Made by a program: the position numbers and the translations under genes. The notes below the pieces were generated by a model. The model was not told the DNA's origin, made no database searches, and saw only the letters and a program-made list of their open reading frames with translations. From Alloascoidea hylecoeti (Eukaryota): DNA of 64,000 bases. The stretch is from NCBI GenBank assembly GCA_001600815.1, contig BCKZ01000004.1, positions 496,001 to 560,000 on the forward strand, in the 5' to 3' direction. Of the stretch, positions 1-12,344 are shown one piece after another (within the stretch, counting starts at the first letter, position 1; every line of letters begins with the position of its first letter).

Positions 1-269
1 ACATTTTAGGTAAAATGATAACAATCAATGATATAATATTATAAATAGTATTAATAGCACAAATTAAACAAGAAATATGAACTTTTAAAAAAACTAATTA
101 TAAAATAAACAGTCAAAAAAATAAAAAATAAAATTAAGAACAATATACGAAAAAGGTTGTGTTTGAGAATTAATTAAATGATCATGAGTAAATAATTTTT
201 TAAAAAAAAGGAACAAATATAAAGATTTATAATGTTAGTGTTAATGTTTAGTACTTATAATAATTATGA

Positions 270-1590
270 TCAACTCAATAATGATTTTAAAGATATTTGT
301 GTTGGTGATTTTGAAGTTCGATTATTTGACTGAACCTGTGATATATTTGGAGAATTTTGATGTGTATGTGTTTGAGATTGTTGTTGTTGAGGTTTTGGTA
401 ATAAAACTGGTAAATGCTTCCCATTATCTTTAAACTCATTTGAAGTTGAAGGAGTAGAAGGTGTTGTTGATAATATATTTACACCATTTGTTGTGTTTGG
501 AGCAATTTTAGAATCTTTACTTGGTGTTTGATTATTTGACTTTGAATCTTTTTCTTTGGTCACTTTTTTTGATTTCCTTTGACTACTGTCTTTTCCGCTT
601 TCTCTTCTTTTGCTATTATTATTATTATTGTTATTATTGCTATTGTTTTTACCACCACTACTATTACCACTTCCTTTACTATTATTAATATTACTGACGT
701 TATTACCACCTCTTGCTTTACCCCTCTTAATTGTACCATCAGCTCTTTCAATTCTTGGTTGTTGGCCTTCTTCAATTAATGGTCCCCAATAAACAAAAAA
801 TCCATCTTTTGTTGCAGCCGCTTGTTCTTCCCACATTAATTCAGAATCATCTATAAAAGGATCATTTACATCATATTTCCCTTCAACTTTTCTTCTTTTT
901 TTAGCTGGTTTGCTGTTACTATTATTATTAGTATTTGGATTATTATTCTTATTATTTGTATCATCAACGATAATATCATCATCATCATTATTTTCATTTT
1001 CATCATCGTAATCATCATCAACATCATTTAATAAATCTAATGCATATTTTGCATTTGGATGAACGGCATTCCAACCATATTTATCTTCAGCCATTTTCAT
1101 TACATTAATTATACGTTGATTTTTTGAATTTTCATCACTTGATGAATCATTAGTTGAAGATGGTTGTGGAATATCATTTAATGGAATATGTAATATAATA
1201 ATTGGTTGTTTATCATTATTCGAATTTGTTAAAGATTGCCTTAGTTGTTTTCTTTTTGATGATGATGTTCCTTTTTTTGATGTTTGTGGTTGTGTTTTTG
1301 GTGTGTTTTGATTTTGATTTTGATTTTGATTTTGATTTTGATTTTGATTTTGATTTGACTCCGTGTAATCATAACGTAAATTTGATGAATTTATAGGTGT
1401 AGAATCATTTGTTTTATGGGACTGAGATATATCATTTAGTGTAGGTGTTGACGCTTTTGGAGATAAAAGAGATGATATTGAAATGGCTTCTATTTATCAT
1501 TAATAAAAATAAATTTAAAAACAAATATAAATATAAAAAATAGAATATAAAAATGGTGAAGATATGTAAATATTTACCTCTGTTTGTCAT
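270..1590 (-). CDS. HPC2: HIR complex subunit Hpc2 (HUN domain); exons 1590-1578 and 1489-270, intron 1577-1490
   Basis: HUN motif YDVNDPFIDDSEL...DGFFVYWGPL. The frame stays open upstream of the listed ORF to a TAG acceptor at 1490. ATG ACA AAC AGA G|GTAAAT gives MTNREAISISSLLSPK, in frame with the listed ORF. Confidence 0.85.
1306..1356. repeat. (GATTTT)n hexamer microsatellite encoding an NQ dipeptide run in Hpc2
   Basis: About 8 tandem copies read directly from the sequence. Confidence 0.9.
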
Positions 1591-1900
1591 TTTCCCTGTT
1601 ATTCTATTTTAGACACAATAAGAAGTCAAACGATAAGATTCGAAGGGTGAAGCATTACAATTGGGAAATATTGTGGGAGGGTAACACATGGCAATCTACT
1701 TGGTTCACCAAGTGGGCGGAATTAAGTGAAATAGTCGACAAGTAGGTCGTGCGACTTTGAACTTCTAAAACATATTCTTCTTATATTAAAAGTATAAAAA
1801 TAAACAAAAAAAATCCATATATAAAAAAATCCATTCTAAATATCCATAACAAAATAGTTATAATATATAATTTAATGTTTCATTAAAAAAAACATTAACT

Positions 1901-3649
1901 TTAAAGAACATGAAATTCATCCTTTACAGCTTCAATCATTTCATCAATAGCATTAATCTTATTAATAATTGGTTTAAATAAATTATTTTCACCAATGGCA
2001 TTAATAGCTTTTTCAAAATCATTTTCTTTATCATCATCAATTTTAACTCTATTATCTTTAATATTTTTATTTGACCAAAATTCAGTTAAATTCTCACCAC
2101 CACCATTATAAATTAAAATATTTGGTGTATCTTCTGGTACATTTGCAATAACATCTTTAGTACCAAAAGCAATCAAATTTTTCTTTAATTGTTCAGGAGT
2201 AATGATTTTTTTACTTGAAAAACCAGAATCAAAATCAGGTTGTAATGATAAGTAATAAGCTAATAATCCAGCAACATGAGGAGAAGCCATTGATGTACCA
2301 GATAATCTTGCTGTTGCATAAGGTGAACCAATATAAGTTGATAAAACGTTATAACCAGGTGCGAAAATATCAACACATTTACCCCAATTACTGAAATAAG
2401 CTCTTTCATCTGATGATGTTGAAGCACCAACTGTAACCGCCTTTTCGGCACCAGCCGGTGATACATCACAAGCATCATCATCTTCATTACCAGCAGCAAC
2501 TGCAAAATGTAAACCAGCTTTAACAGCAGCATTAACAATAGCATCCAATGAAGGTGATTTCCCACCACCTAGAGACATATTTGCAGTTGAACCTTTAAAA
2601 CCTTTTGCAGCTTTTTTAGTCTCTGCAATATGAGCATTTGCTGCCCATTCAACGCCTTTAACAACATCAGACATTGTACCAGAACCATTCGATCTTAAAA
2701 CTTTAACAGCAACAACGTTTGCATTTTTAGCAACACCGTATGTTTTAGAAGCAATGGTACCAGCGCAATGAGTTCCATGTCCATTACCATCAAAATCGTA
2801 ATCGTATTGAGGAATAGTTGCACCCCATCTTGCTCTTCCTTCAAATTCAACATGATCGACATTAATACCAGTATCAATAACATATGAAGTAACACCTTCA
2901 CCACCATGTTCAGCATAAACATATTTATCAATAGTACCAAAGGTTAGAGCATCTCTATGAGAAATTCTTGCAAGACCCCATGGTGCACCTTCTTCAATAG
3001 ATGGTCTATCGCCTGTTGGTTTTTTCTCCTTCTTTTTATTTGTATGAACATAAGAATCTCTTTCAACAGAAGCAATAGCAGGATGTCTTAAAATATAACT
3101 TATTGTCTCAGGCAAGAAATATCCAGAATATCCTTTAAAATCACCAATTTGATATGAATGTTTAACACCACCTAGGCTAAAGGATGATTCATTTTCCTTT
3201 TTTTGCTCATTGATAGAATCAGCACTAGTAGCTGCCCTTTCATAATCAGCCGAGTAATGTTGAGCAACAAGACGATCATTTAAAGAGTTTACCCATCTTA
3301 AATGGTCATAGAAATGATCTTTATTAGATGATGGTTTAAACGTAATGATATATGAAAATGGTACAATTTTTGTACCTGGTTTTAATTCACTAATGCTAAT
3401 AGACTCGGCATTTAATCCCACATTAGCAATCAATTCAACAATGTCATCCCCATTAGACTTCTTAGGTTTAATTTCCTGAGAAGATTTAGATGCTTCTTTA
3501 ATATCAGAACCTTTTGGTTCGTCAATATAATATTTAAGAGAAACTTCATTGGATTTAACCTGAAGGGCCTCATTGTCAAGGTCTGGGATAACCAAGGCAG
3601 CTGCGTAAGAAGAAACAGCAGCAGAATAGACTAATGGAGATATTTTCAT
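1901..3649 (-). CDS. PRB1: Vacuolar subtilisin-like protease B
   Basis: Signal peptide, propeptide, and S8 catalytic triad motifs VIDTG, HGTHCAG, GTSMASPH. Confidence 0.93.
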   Translation of the reverse strand: MKISPLVYSAAVSSYAAALVIPDLDNEALQVKSNEVSLKYYIDEPKGSDIKEASKSSQEIKPKKSNGDDIVELIANVGLNAESISISELKPGTKIVPFSYIITFKPSSNKDHFYDHLRWVNSLNDRLVAQHYSADYERAATSADSINEQKKENESSFSLGGVKHSYQIGDFKGYSGYFLPETISYILRHPAIASVERDSYVHTNKKKEKKPTGDRPSIEEGAPWGLARISHRDALTFGTIDKYVYAEHGGEGVTSYVIDTGINVDHVEFEGRARWGATIPQYDYDFDGNGHGTHCAGTIASKTYGVAKNANVVAVKVLRSNGSGTMSDVVKGVEWAANAHIAETKKAAKGFKGSTANMSLGGGKSPSLDAIVNAAVKAGLHFAVAAGNEDDDACDVSPAGAEKAVTVGASTSSDERAYFSNWGKCVDIFAPGYNVLSTYIGSPYATARLSGTSMASPHVAGLLAYYLSLQPDFDSGFSSKKIITPEQLKKNLIAFGTKDVIANVPEDTPNILIYNGGGENLTEFWSNKNIKDNRVKIDDDKENDFEKAINAIGENNLFKPIINKINAIDEMIEAVKDEFHVL

Positions 3650-3806
3650 AGCTAAAGATGTGATAAAGGTAAAAGATAAGATAAAAAAAGACAGGAATGA
3701 GATGAGGAAAAAGAAGAGAAGAAAGGTGGCGATTGCTTCTTTTTATACCAGAAACTCCTCTTTTTCTCAAAATCCGATAAGATGAGGTCATTTCTTATCT
3801 TATCAA

Positions 3807-3817
3807 GGCAGGGTAAC
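3807..3817 (+). promoter_or_regulatory. GGCAGGGTAAC Reb1-like element in the PRB1/UTP23 divergent promoter, with PAC-like GATGAG nearby
   Basis: The identical 11-mer recurs at 24798 and 54274, with a variant at 1675, all in promoters. Confidence 0.5.
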
Positions 3818-3918
3818 CGGTAACAACATAACACACCAAAAGAAAAAAGTTTTTTTCTATAGGAACATCAAAAATTATAAAATATTTCATTGTCAAATTC
3901 ATCAATACAAAACTAAAA

Positions 3919-4782
3919 ATGAGACAAAAAAGGGCAAAATCATACAGAAAACAGATGCATATCTATCATCTAACTTTTAAATTTAGAGAACCATACCAAG
4001 TTTTATTTGATGATTTAATAATTCAAGAAACTTCATCATCAAATTATAATTTATTAAGAAATACTGAAAAATTAATTCAAGGTACAATAAAACCAATGAT
4101 TACACAATGTTGTATGAATAAACTTTATTCAGCTGGTGATCAAGATTTAATATCATGGGTTAAGTTAAAATTTGAAAGAAGAAGATGTAATCATGATTTA
4201 AAAAATCCAAAAACTCCAAAAGAATGCCTTGAAGATATTGTTAATGTTAAAGGTAAAAATAAACATCGTTATGTTGTTGTTACACAAGATAATAAATTAA
4301 GGAGTGCTTTAAGGAAAGTTCCAGGGGTTCCTTTAATTTATATTAATAGATCGGTTATGATTATGGAACCTTTAAGTAAAGGTAGTGAAAAGATTCGAAA
4401 ACAAGAAGAAGATGAAAAATTAGTAGCTGGTTTAAATGATGTTAATTTTGGTAAGAGGAAACATGATGATGCTGAGGATGAAGAAGAAGGGAAAAAGAAG
4501 AAGAAAAAAGGTCCAAAAGGTCCTAATCCTTTAAGTATTAAGAAAAGTAAGAAGGAAACAATAGAAGATGGTAAAAAGGAAAATGTAGAAGATGGTACAA
4601 ATGATCCAAAAAAGAAACCTAGAAAACGAAGAACGCATAAAAAGCATGAACAGGAACAGAAAACAGTAGATGAAAAAACATTGGATGACAAATCATTGGA
4701 TGAGAAAGTAATAGACGTAAAAACAAAAGATGACAAATCAACAGATGATAAAATTGTAAATGTAAAGGAATCTGATGAATAA
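3919..4782 (+). CDS. UTP23: SSU processome PIN-domain protein Utp23
   Basis: MRQKRAKSYRK..FKFREPYQVL.D, ITQCCM, ERRRCNH, PGVPLIY, PKGPNPLS. Confidence 0.95.
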   Translation: MRQKRAKSYRKQMHIYHLTFKFREPYQVLFDDLIIQETSSSNYNLLRNTEKLIQGTIKPMITQCCMNKLYSAGDQDLISWVKLKFERRRCNHDLKNPKTPKECLEDIVNVKGKNKHRYVVVTQDNKLRSALRKVPGVPLIYINRSVMIMEPLSKGSEKIRKQEEDEKLVAGLNDVNFGKRKHDDAEDEEEGKKKKKKGPKGPNPLSIKKSKKETIEDGKKENVEDGTNDPKKKPRKRRTHKKHEQEQKTVDEKTLDDKSLDEKVIDVKTKDDKSTDDKIVNVKESDE

Positions 4783-4863
4783 ACAAAAACCTTTGAACAA
4801 AATGGCACGTATAGTCTATATTGAAAATTTAACTAATATAATTCTATTTTTTCTTTTGTTTTA

Positions 4864-5414
4864 TTAATCTTCGTCCTCATCAAAATCCCATGACAATTCA
4901 ACCGTTCTTTTAACTTTTTTGTCATATTGACTTCTATGATCTCTATAAAGTGTTGCAGCCTCAACATTAGCAGGACTTGAAATATTTGGATCATTTAGTA
5001 AACTTTGAATGGATGTTAATATTGATGCAACATCATATGTTGGTGACCATCTATTTTGTAAAATATCTAAACATAAATCCCCTGTATTATACACATTTGG
5101 ATGAAAAATCTCTGAAATAAATTTAACAGATGGCGGTTTATTTGGATAATTTTCTGTAAAATTGATTATCAATTTAAAAACTCCATCTTCAAATGGTGTA
5201 TCTATTGGCCCCATAATAACAGCATTCCATATAAGAATATTATCAGGTAGTGGGGAGGCGGATATTCCGCTTGGTGGATCTCTTTGCATGCGCTTTGAAA
5301 GGTTGAATATAAGAAGATTAGTCTGGCATATCAAATATTAATGAATGATTATAAGTGAAAACATATATTTACCGTTAAATCACGCATTAACCGTTTGTGA
5401 GCTGGCGAAGACAT
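4864..5414 (-). CDS. RAD6: Rad6/Ubc2-type E2; exons 5414-5373 and 5292-4864, intron 5372-5293
   Basis: Spliced product [28 protein letters not shown]...[22 protein letters not shown]. Donor GTAAAT, branch GACTAAT, acceptor AAG. Confidence 0.9.
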
Positions 5415-5615
5415 AAATATGAAAAATATAACAAATTTGGAGGATTAAACAGGTAACCAAGTACTAATTCTCTGTGTCGTGTTCTGGTTAAACCAAACAC
5501 TCCCACACGTGATGCAATATATTATGCCAATAATCGTCTGACTATTCTATTACATTTCATTTCATTTCATTTTTATCTCTTCATTTTTATAGTCTTTGAA
5601 TTTTCATTATTTTAA

Positions 5616-7130
5616 ATGATTTCAAGTTTAAGTCCAACATCAAAAACATCATTTAGTTTTTATTTAACAAGAAATATTCCAAAACTTATATCATCATCAA
5701 CAAATTTAAATTTAAAACTAACAAAATGTTATTTATCAACACAAAACAACAAGGAAATTCAATTAGATGCATATCCAAAAAATTCAAAATATATAAATAA
5801 ACAACATTTTTATCAAAATGATTTATTATTATCGTATTCTGAAAAAGATCAACATCCTGTTTCATTAAATCAATTAGCATTTTTTGGTAAAAGATTAAAT
5901 AAATCAAAAATTATTGCTTCTGCAAATTTTGTAAAAGAAGAATTAGCAATTAGATTAGCCCATAGAATAAGAGATTTACAAAATTTACCTTATGCTGCTG
6001 TTAATAATTATCATATGAATATAATTTATCAAGCTTATTATACAGCGTTTGAAAGTTTCCGAAGATTTAAAACTATAAAAACATTGGAAGAAAATGAATC
6101 ATTTTGTATATTATTAGGAAATTTATTACAAGATAATGTTATTGGTTTACCACATTTATTAATTGGATCATTAGAATGTGCAATATCTGAAATTTTAAAT
6201 AAAGATAGATTAGATGATTTTATGTCAATAATGTTAAGATCAAGAATTTCAAGAAGAGTTATTGCCGAAGAACATTTATCATTAACAAGAGTATTCACGA
6301 CTGCACCAATGGAAAAAAGAGATAAAGATTATATTGGTGAAGTTTTTATGTTATGTTCAACAAATGATATTATTAAAAGATGTTCAGAAATTGCAAAAAG
6401 ATCAATAATTAAACAATTTCCAAATATTATTAAAAATGGTTCTTTAATACCTGAAATTATAATTGAAGGTGATATAAATACAACTTTTTATTATATGCCT
6501 TCTCATTTACAATTTATAATTGGTGAAATTTTAAGAAATTGTTATGAAGCAACAGTTACAAATTTTTTTAAAGAATATCCTGAAATTATAAATTCAAATT
6601 CAACAAAATTAAAACCACCACCAATTATAATTACAATTTGTAATTCAAATACAGATGTTTTAATTAGATTTTCAGATCAAGGTGGTGGTATAAAATCAAA
6701 TCAATTACCAACATTATGGAGTTTTAATAAAAAACCAGAAATTGCTAAAAAAATCTTAAATAATTTTCATATGATACCAGGTCTTGATTTATATAATGAA
6801 AAAGTATCACCATTTGATTATGATGATAATAATAATAATAATAATAATAATGAAAATTTAAAACAAACAAATATTAATCAAATTTCAAAAGAATTTGAAG
6901 ATTTATTAATTAAATCACAAAATTTTAAAAAAACTTCATCATTAACTGTTTTTACAACAAGACCACCAAATTTAAAATTAGATATGGGATTACCAATGTC
7001 AAGAGTTTATGCTGATTATTGGGATGGGAAATTAGATTTACATTCTTTAGAAGGTTATGGTTGTGATACTTTATTTAAAATTAGAAGATTGGAAACACAA
7101 AGAGAAAAATTACAATTAAATAGAGTATGA
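5616..7130 (+). CDS. PKP2: Mitochondrial pyruvate/branched-chain ketoacid dehydrogenase kinase (Pkp2-like)
   Basis: Presequence-like N-terminus; ELAIRLAHRI, EILRN, SDQGGG, GLPMSRVYADYWDG.L.L.SLEGYG motifs. Confidence 0.8.
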   Translation: MISSLSPTSKTSFSFYLTRNIPKLISSSTNLNLKLTKCYLSTQNNKEIQLDAYPKNSKYINKQHFYQNDLLLSYSEKDQHPVSLNQLAFFGKRLNKSKIIASANFVKEELAIRLAHRIRDLQNLPYAAVNNYHMNIIYQAYYTAFESFRRFKTIKTLEENESFCILLGNLLQDNVIGLPHLLIGSLECAISEILNKDRLDDFMSIMLRSRISRRVIAEEHLSLTRVFTTAPMEKRDKDYIGEVFMLCSTNDIIKRCSEIAKRSIIKQFPNIIKNGSLIPEIIIEGDINTTFYYMPSHLQFIIGEILRNCYEATVTNFFKEYPEIINSNSTKLKPPPIIITICNSNTDVLIRFSDQGGGIKSNQLPTLWSFNKKPEIAKKILNNFHMIPGLDLYNEKVSPFDYDDNNNNNNNNENLKQTNINQISKEFEDLLIKSQNFKKTSSLTVFTTRPPNLKLDMGLPMSRVYADYWDGKLDLHSLEGYGCDTLFKIRRLETQREKLQLNRV

Positions 7131-8761
7131 TTTAAATATTTATTAAATATTGTTAACGTTGATTTTGAATTTTAAGAAAAAAAATACATTTATTTGCCCA
7201 TGTTATTTGATTTTATGATCATGATATAATTATAATGATTAACCTGTAAAGAAACGATTAAGAGTGGTACAATAGTATTTGTAGGTAGCTGTAGATGATC
7301 AGATGAATAGCATCCTTATATCGATGCTTCTCTTTAAATGTCCATGTACCATTTATTTGAAATCCACATCTATAGTAGATTCCAGTATACTAGCTATTTT
7401 AAACCAGCTTATACAATTCTTTTACTTAATGCCGTCCATTCTGATTATGAATTATCGGCCGGGTTTTGTCGCTGGAAGATATGTTCCTTGCTTTAAACGG
7501 ATCACACTAATAATATGCTCAAAAATAAGCTATGAACTAGTCAATAAGTAGTAGCTGACATCGCTGACATTAAGTAGAACAACCGAATCATAATTCCTTG
7601 CTGAGCCGAAATCCCGAGTGTTTCAATAGAAAGTTACAGAAAATAACGCTCCATACAGTAGAATCACCATTCTTTAAATAATTATCACTTTTACTAGATC
7701 AAGGCTGATATTCCGGGTTACTGCACTAGCTTGATTGGCTCTAGATTACAAGTTATCGTATGTTAGAGCTACAATTGATCTACATTTTCTTATATTATCT
7801 GGAGAGTAACTGGCTTGTGATTAGTTCCTATTAGACCCAAAACTCTATTCTTTTATCGATATCGTTACGACAAACGACATCAAAACATTGACCACTCCAA
7901 AGCTTCAATTTTATACTAATAAGAAACCAATTACAAGTAAATGTTTGCAATTGCAATTGCAATTGATTTGGTTGAATTGTTATTAGTAATACTAATTATG
8001 ATTATAGTTTACGTATGCTCAAAAGGGGAACCCATACGGTCATTCCACTTAATTTGGGCCATATTTGAAGCTAAATAATTGACCATTAATTTCGACAACG
8101 ATGAATATGAAACGTCTACCATGTGACCTACTAATTTTCGGCCATTATGGGCATTGGCTCAACATGGCCTAATGAAACAAAAGTATTAATATTTTCTTCA
8201 TTTTTTCCTTTCGCTGTTGTGGGATAGCCCGAAACATGTTTAACTTTGAAGGTTCATGACCACGTGTCAACAATGCTTGCACTTGCCAATGTTTAAATTT
8301 TCTCTTCTCCCTTCCAATGGCCAAATAGCCATCTAGTGACGGAAAAGAGCCGTTACATGTCAAGTGCAAAATTTGGGTTACGAATTCAAAGAACGTGTAG
8401 GATTGGAGTTATGCGAACTTGCAATAGAGCGCTCTAGCTGGAATATCATTTTCATGTGAATTCACCGGAATCTTGAATATTTGGAGGATGAAAGTTTTGG
8501 CACTGCGATCGCCACTACAGGAATACTTGCCTGTGAAGGTCTTTTATCCAGACTTTAGCCACATCGTATGTTGTGGAGGAGATGTATTATAATTATCGTA
8601 GGGCTGAATATGTAGCTACAGATTCTACTCCGGTACTCCGCCATAAGATATATCCATTTGTGCTATCGCTGGACACTACCGTTTGGGTGCCCTGCCCTGG
8701 TTTCAACTGCTTAGTTTCAATTGCAGTTTCAGGATTAGTTACAAAATCAGCAACTACAAGA

Positions 8762-8865
8762 TTTTGATACAGGGTTTTGATACAGGGTTTTGATACAGGA
8801 TTTCGACACATAATTTCGACACATGATTTTGATGAAAACTTTTGATGCAAACTTTTGATGCAAAC
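8762..8865. repeat. Degenerate 13-bp tandem array, 8 copies, consensus TTTYGAY-N6, upstream of YEF3
   Basis: Units: ttttgatacaggg x2, ttttgatacagga, tttcgacacataa, tttcgacacatga, ttttgatgaaaac, ttttgatgcaaac x2. Confidence 0.85.
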
Positions 8866-9197
8866 TGTCGAAAACTTGAAGAACATTATGGAAGTAATAA
8901 ATGATGATGAAAACACAAAACTTTTCTGACAATTGTGGCCTCTGATTGGCTGCAGGTGACGTGTTTCCCTGTCTTCTCCGTGCTGACATGTCCGCCTCGC
9001 AGTATATTCAGGTCTTAACAACCCAAAATCGCCCAAAGCGGAAAGAACGTTATGCAAAAAAAAAATTTCTCTTTGGCGGTGAAAAAGTTTTTTTCAAAGT
9101 TTTTTTCCATATAAAAAAAACATTTTCCACTTTTTCACTTTTTTTTTTCTTCTTTTTCTTCTTATCTTTTTAAAGTGATCAGAACAACATTATTAAA

Positions 9198-12100
9198 ATG
9201 TCTACTAATAGTACTGAAGTTTTAAATCAATTGTTCTCAAAGCTTTCTATAGCCAAGGAACAAACTGAAAGAGATGAGAGTGCTGTTGCTCTTGCTGCTT
9301 ACTTAAATGGTTCAAATATAATTGATCATGATATACCCTCTGGTTTTTTCTCTCAATTAAAGGCTAACCTTACTCAAAAGAAGGACGCCAACTTAAAGAT
9401 TAATTCTCTTGCCGCAGTCTCTCACATTGCTAATGTTAACTTATTACCAAGTATTGAGCCATACGTGGTTGAATTGATTGAAGACATTTTGGCCGCCAGC
9501 TCTGACAAAAATGCTGATGTCAAAACTCACGCAAAATCCGCTGCTGTTGCAATTGCTGCCAGCATTACTCCAGTCGCCGTTAAAGCTCTTTTACCAAAAA
9601 TCTTAAACGTTTTGAAAAACACCTCAAAATGGCCTGAGAAGATTGCCAGTTTGAGTGCCGTTAGTACTTTGGTTGACGTTGCTCCAGAACAAATTGCCTT
9701 AAGAATGACTGAATTAATCCCAACTTTATCTGAAGCTATGTGGGATACAAAATCTGAAGTTAAAAAAGCTGCTACTGCCACCTTAACTAAATGTACTGAA
9801 ACTATTCATAACAAAGATATTGAAAAGTTTTTACCTGATTTAATTAAATGTATTTCAAAACCAACTTTAGTTCCAACAACTGTTCATACTTTAGGTGCTA
9901 CAACATTTGTTTCTGATGTTACTATTGGTACTATGTCTATTATGGTTCCTTTATTGTCTCGTGGTTTGAATGAACGTGATACTGCAATCAAGAGAAAAGC
10001 TGCTGTCATTATTGATAACATGTGTCGTTTGGTTGAAGATCCTCAAATCGTTGCTCCATTTTTAAGTAACTTATATCCTGCTTTATTAGAAAATCATGCT
10101 AATATTGCTGATCCAGAAGCTCGTGATGTTACTTTACGTGCTATCACCACCGTTAAACGTGTTGCTGATATCAAAGAAGATAACAAAATTCCTGAAGTTT
10201 CAACTGCTGGTGATACCGCTGTTACATTAAAGGAATTGAAAACGTTATTGAAATCAAACGTTGCTGACAAATTCACCGTTGTTTTAGAATATGCTGCCGC
10301 TATTGCTGGTGGTTTGATTGATGCTAAATCAATTGATTCTGAACCATGGTTTATTAACTTGGCTCCATTTTTAACTATCTTTTTACATGAAGCTGAAGCC
10401 AAAGAAATTGTTGAAGCATGGAGATCAAAAGCTATCTTGAACATTCCTGAAGGTCCTAAAGTTGATGATGAAGAAGATGATGAAGGTGAAGATTTATGTA
10501 ACTGTCCTCTTCAATTAGCTTATGGTGCTAAGATTTTGTTAAACAATACTCATTTAAGATTAAAGAGAGGTAGAAGATATGGTTTATGTGGTGCCAATGG
10601 TTCTGGTAAATCAACTTTAATGAGATCTTTAGCAAATGGTCAATTAGAAGGTTTCCCAACTCAAGAAGAATGTCGTACTGTTTATGTTGAACATGATATC
10701 GATGGAACTCATGCCGATACTCCTGTTTATGAATTCGTTTTGGATGATTTAGAAGGTTCAACAAAAGAAATTGTTGAAGCTAAATTAATTGAATTTGGTT
10801 TCAGTGATGAAATGATTCATAATCCAATTCAATCATTATCTGGTGGTTGGAAGATGAAATTAGCTTTAGCTAGAGCTGTATTGAAAAATGCTGATATTTT
10901 ATTATTAGATGAACCAACAAATCATTTAGATACTGTTAATGTATCATGGTTAGTTGATTACTTAACTACATGTGGTATTACTTCTATCATCGTTTCTCAC
11001 GATTCTGGTTTCTTGGATAGAACTGTTGAATTCATTTTACATTATGAATTATTTAAATTAAGAAAATATAAAGGAAACTTATCTGAATTTGTTAAAAAAC
11101 ATCCAGCTGCTAAATCTTATTATGAATTAGGTGCTTCTGATTTAGAATTTCAATTCCCATCCCCAGGTTTCTTGGAAGGTGTTAAAACAAAACAAAAAGC
11201 AATTGTTAAAGTTAATAATATGTCTTTTACATATCCTGGTTGTGCAAAACCACAAATTAGAGATATTAATTTCCAATGTTCTTTATCTTCAAGAATTGCC
11301 GTTATTGGTCCAAATGGTGCTGGTAAATCTACATTAATTAATGTTTTAACTGGTGAATTATTACCAACTGAAGGTGATGTTTATGTCCATGAAAATTGTC
11401 GTATTGCTTATATTAAACAACACGCTTTTGCTCATATTGATAATCATTTAGAAAAGACACCATCTGATTATATTCAATGGCGTTTCCAAACTGGTGAAGA
11501 TCGTGAAACTATGGATAGAGCTTCAAGACAAATTAATGAAGCTGATGCTGAAAATATGAATAAAATTTTCAAAATTGAAGGTACACCAAGACGTGTTGTT
11601 GGTATTCATTCAAGAAGAAAGTTCAAGAACTCTTATGAATATGAATGTTCTTTTGCTTTAGGTGAAAATGTTGGTCAAAAGAATGAACGTTGGATTCCAA
11701 TGATGTCTGTTGATAATGCTTGGTTACCACGTGGTGAATTGATTGAAACTCATGCTAAGATGGTTGCTGAAGTTGATATGAAGGAAGCTTTAGCTTCTGG
11801 TCAATTTAGACCTTTAACAAGAAAAGAAATTGAAGCTCATTGTGCCATGTTAGGTTTAGATGCTGAATTAGTTTCCCATTCTCATATTAAAGGTTTATCT
11901 GGTGGTCAAAAAGTTAAATTGGTTTTAGCTGCTTGTACTTGGCAAAGACCTCATTTAATTGTTCTTGATGAACCTACAAATTATTTGGATAGAGATTCAT
12001 TAGGTGCTCTTTCAAAAGCTTTGAAAGCATTTGAAGGTGGTGTTATTATTATTACACATTCTGCTGAATTTACAAAAGGTTTAACTGAAGAAGTTTGGGC

Positions 12101-12344
12101 TGTTTTGGATGGTAGAATGACTCCTTCTGGTCATAACTGGGTTCAAGGTCAAGGTACTGGTCCAAGACTTTCTGGTAAAGATGATGATGAAGGAGATAAA
12201 TTTGATGCTATGGGTAATAAAATTGCTGGTAATAAAAAGAAGGCTAAACTTTCTTCTGCTGAATTGAGAAGAAAGAAGAAGGAGAGAATGAAGAAGAAGA
12301 AGTTACTTGGTGATGCTTATGTTTCATCTGATGATGAATTTTAA
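9198..12344 (+). CDS. YEF3: Translation elongation factor 3
   Basis: HEAT N-terminus, two ABC cassettes ([14 protein letters not shown] and [14 protein letters not shown]) with chromo insert, basic tail ending SSDDEF, strong codon bias. Confidence 0.97.
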   Translation: MSTNSTEVLNQLFSKLSIAKEQTERDESAVALAAYLNGSNIIDHDIPSGFFSQLKANLTQKKDANLKINSLAAVSHIANVNLLPSIEPYVVELIEDILAASSDKNADVKTHAKSAAVAIAASITPVAVKALLPKILNVLKNTSKWPEKIASLSAVSTLVDVAPEQIALRMTELIPTLSEAMWDTKSEVKKAATATLTKCTETIHNKDIEKFLPDLIKCISKPTLVPTTVHTLGATTFVSDVTIGTMSIMVPLLSRGLNERDTAIKRKAAVIIDNMCRLVEDPQIVAPFLSNLYPALLENHANIADPEARDVTLRAITTVKRVADIKEDNKIPEVSTAGDTAVTLKELKTLLKSNVADKFTVVLEYAAAIAGGLIDAKSIDSEPWFINLAPFLTIFLHEAEAKEIVEAWRSKAILNIPEGPKVDDEEDDEGEDLCNCPLQLAYGAKILLNNTHLRLKRGRRYGLCGANGSGKSTLMRSLANGQLEGFPTQEECRTVYVEHDIDGTHADTPVYEFVLDDLEGSTKEIVEAKLIEFGFSDEMIHNPIQSLSGGWKMKLALARAVLKNADILLLDEPTNHLDTVNVSWLVDYLTTCGITSIIVSHDSGFLDRTVEFILHYELFKLRKYKGNLSEFVKKHPAAKSYYELGASDLEFQFPSPGFLEGVKTKQKAIVKVNNMSFTYPGCAKPQIRDINFQCSLSSRIAVIGPNGAGKSTLINVLTGELLPTEGDVYVHENCRIAYIKQHAFAHIDNHLEKTPSDYIQWRFQTGEDRETMDRASRQINEADAENMNKIFKIEGTPRRVVGIHSRRKFKNSYEYECSFALGENVGQKNERWIPMMSVDNAWLPRGELIETHAKMVAEVDMKEALASGQFRPLTRKEIEAHCAMLGLDAELVSHSHIKGLSGGQKVKLVLAACTWQRPHLIVLDEPTNYLDRDSLGALSKALKAFEGGVIIITHSAEFTKGLTEEVWAVLDGRMTPSGHNWVQGQGTGPRLSGKDDDEGDKFDAMGNKIAGNKKKAKLSSAELRRKKKERMKKKKLLGDAYVSSDDEF

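Noticed and set aside
560..1396. Short hydrophobic ORFs (poly-L, poly-I, FD repeat) overlapping HPC2
   Set aside because: Antisense or alternative-frame shadows of Asn-rich and NQ microsatellite coding sequence
8762..8865. CRISPR-like reading of the repeat array
   Set aside because: Eukaryotic context, 13-bp period with duplicated spacers, no cas genes
8593..9173. ORFs upstream of YEF3
   Set aside because: They arise from the 13-bp repeat and promoter sequence, use non-ATG starts in part, and show no protein motifs
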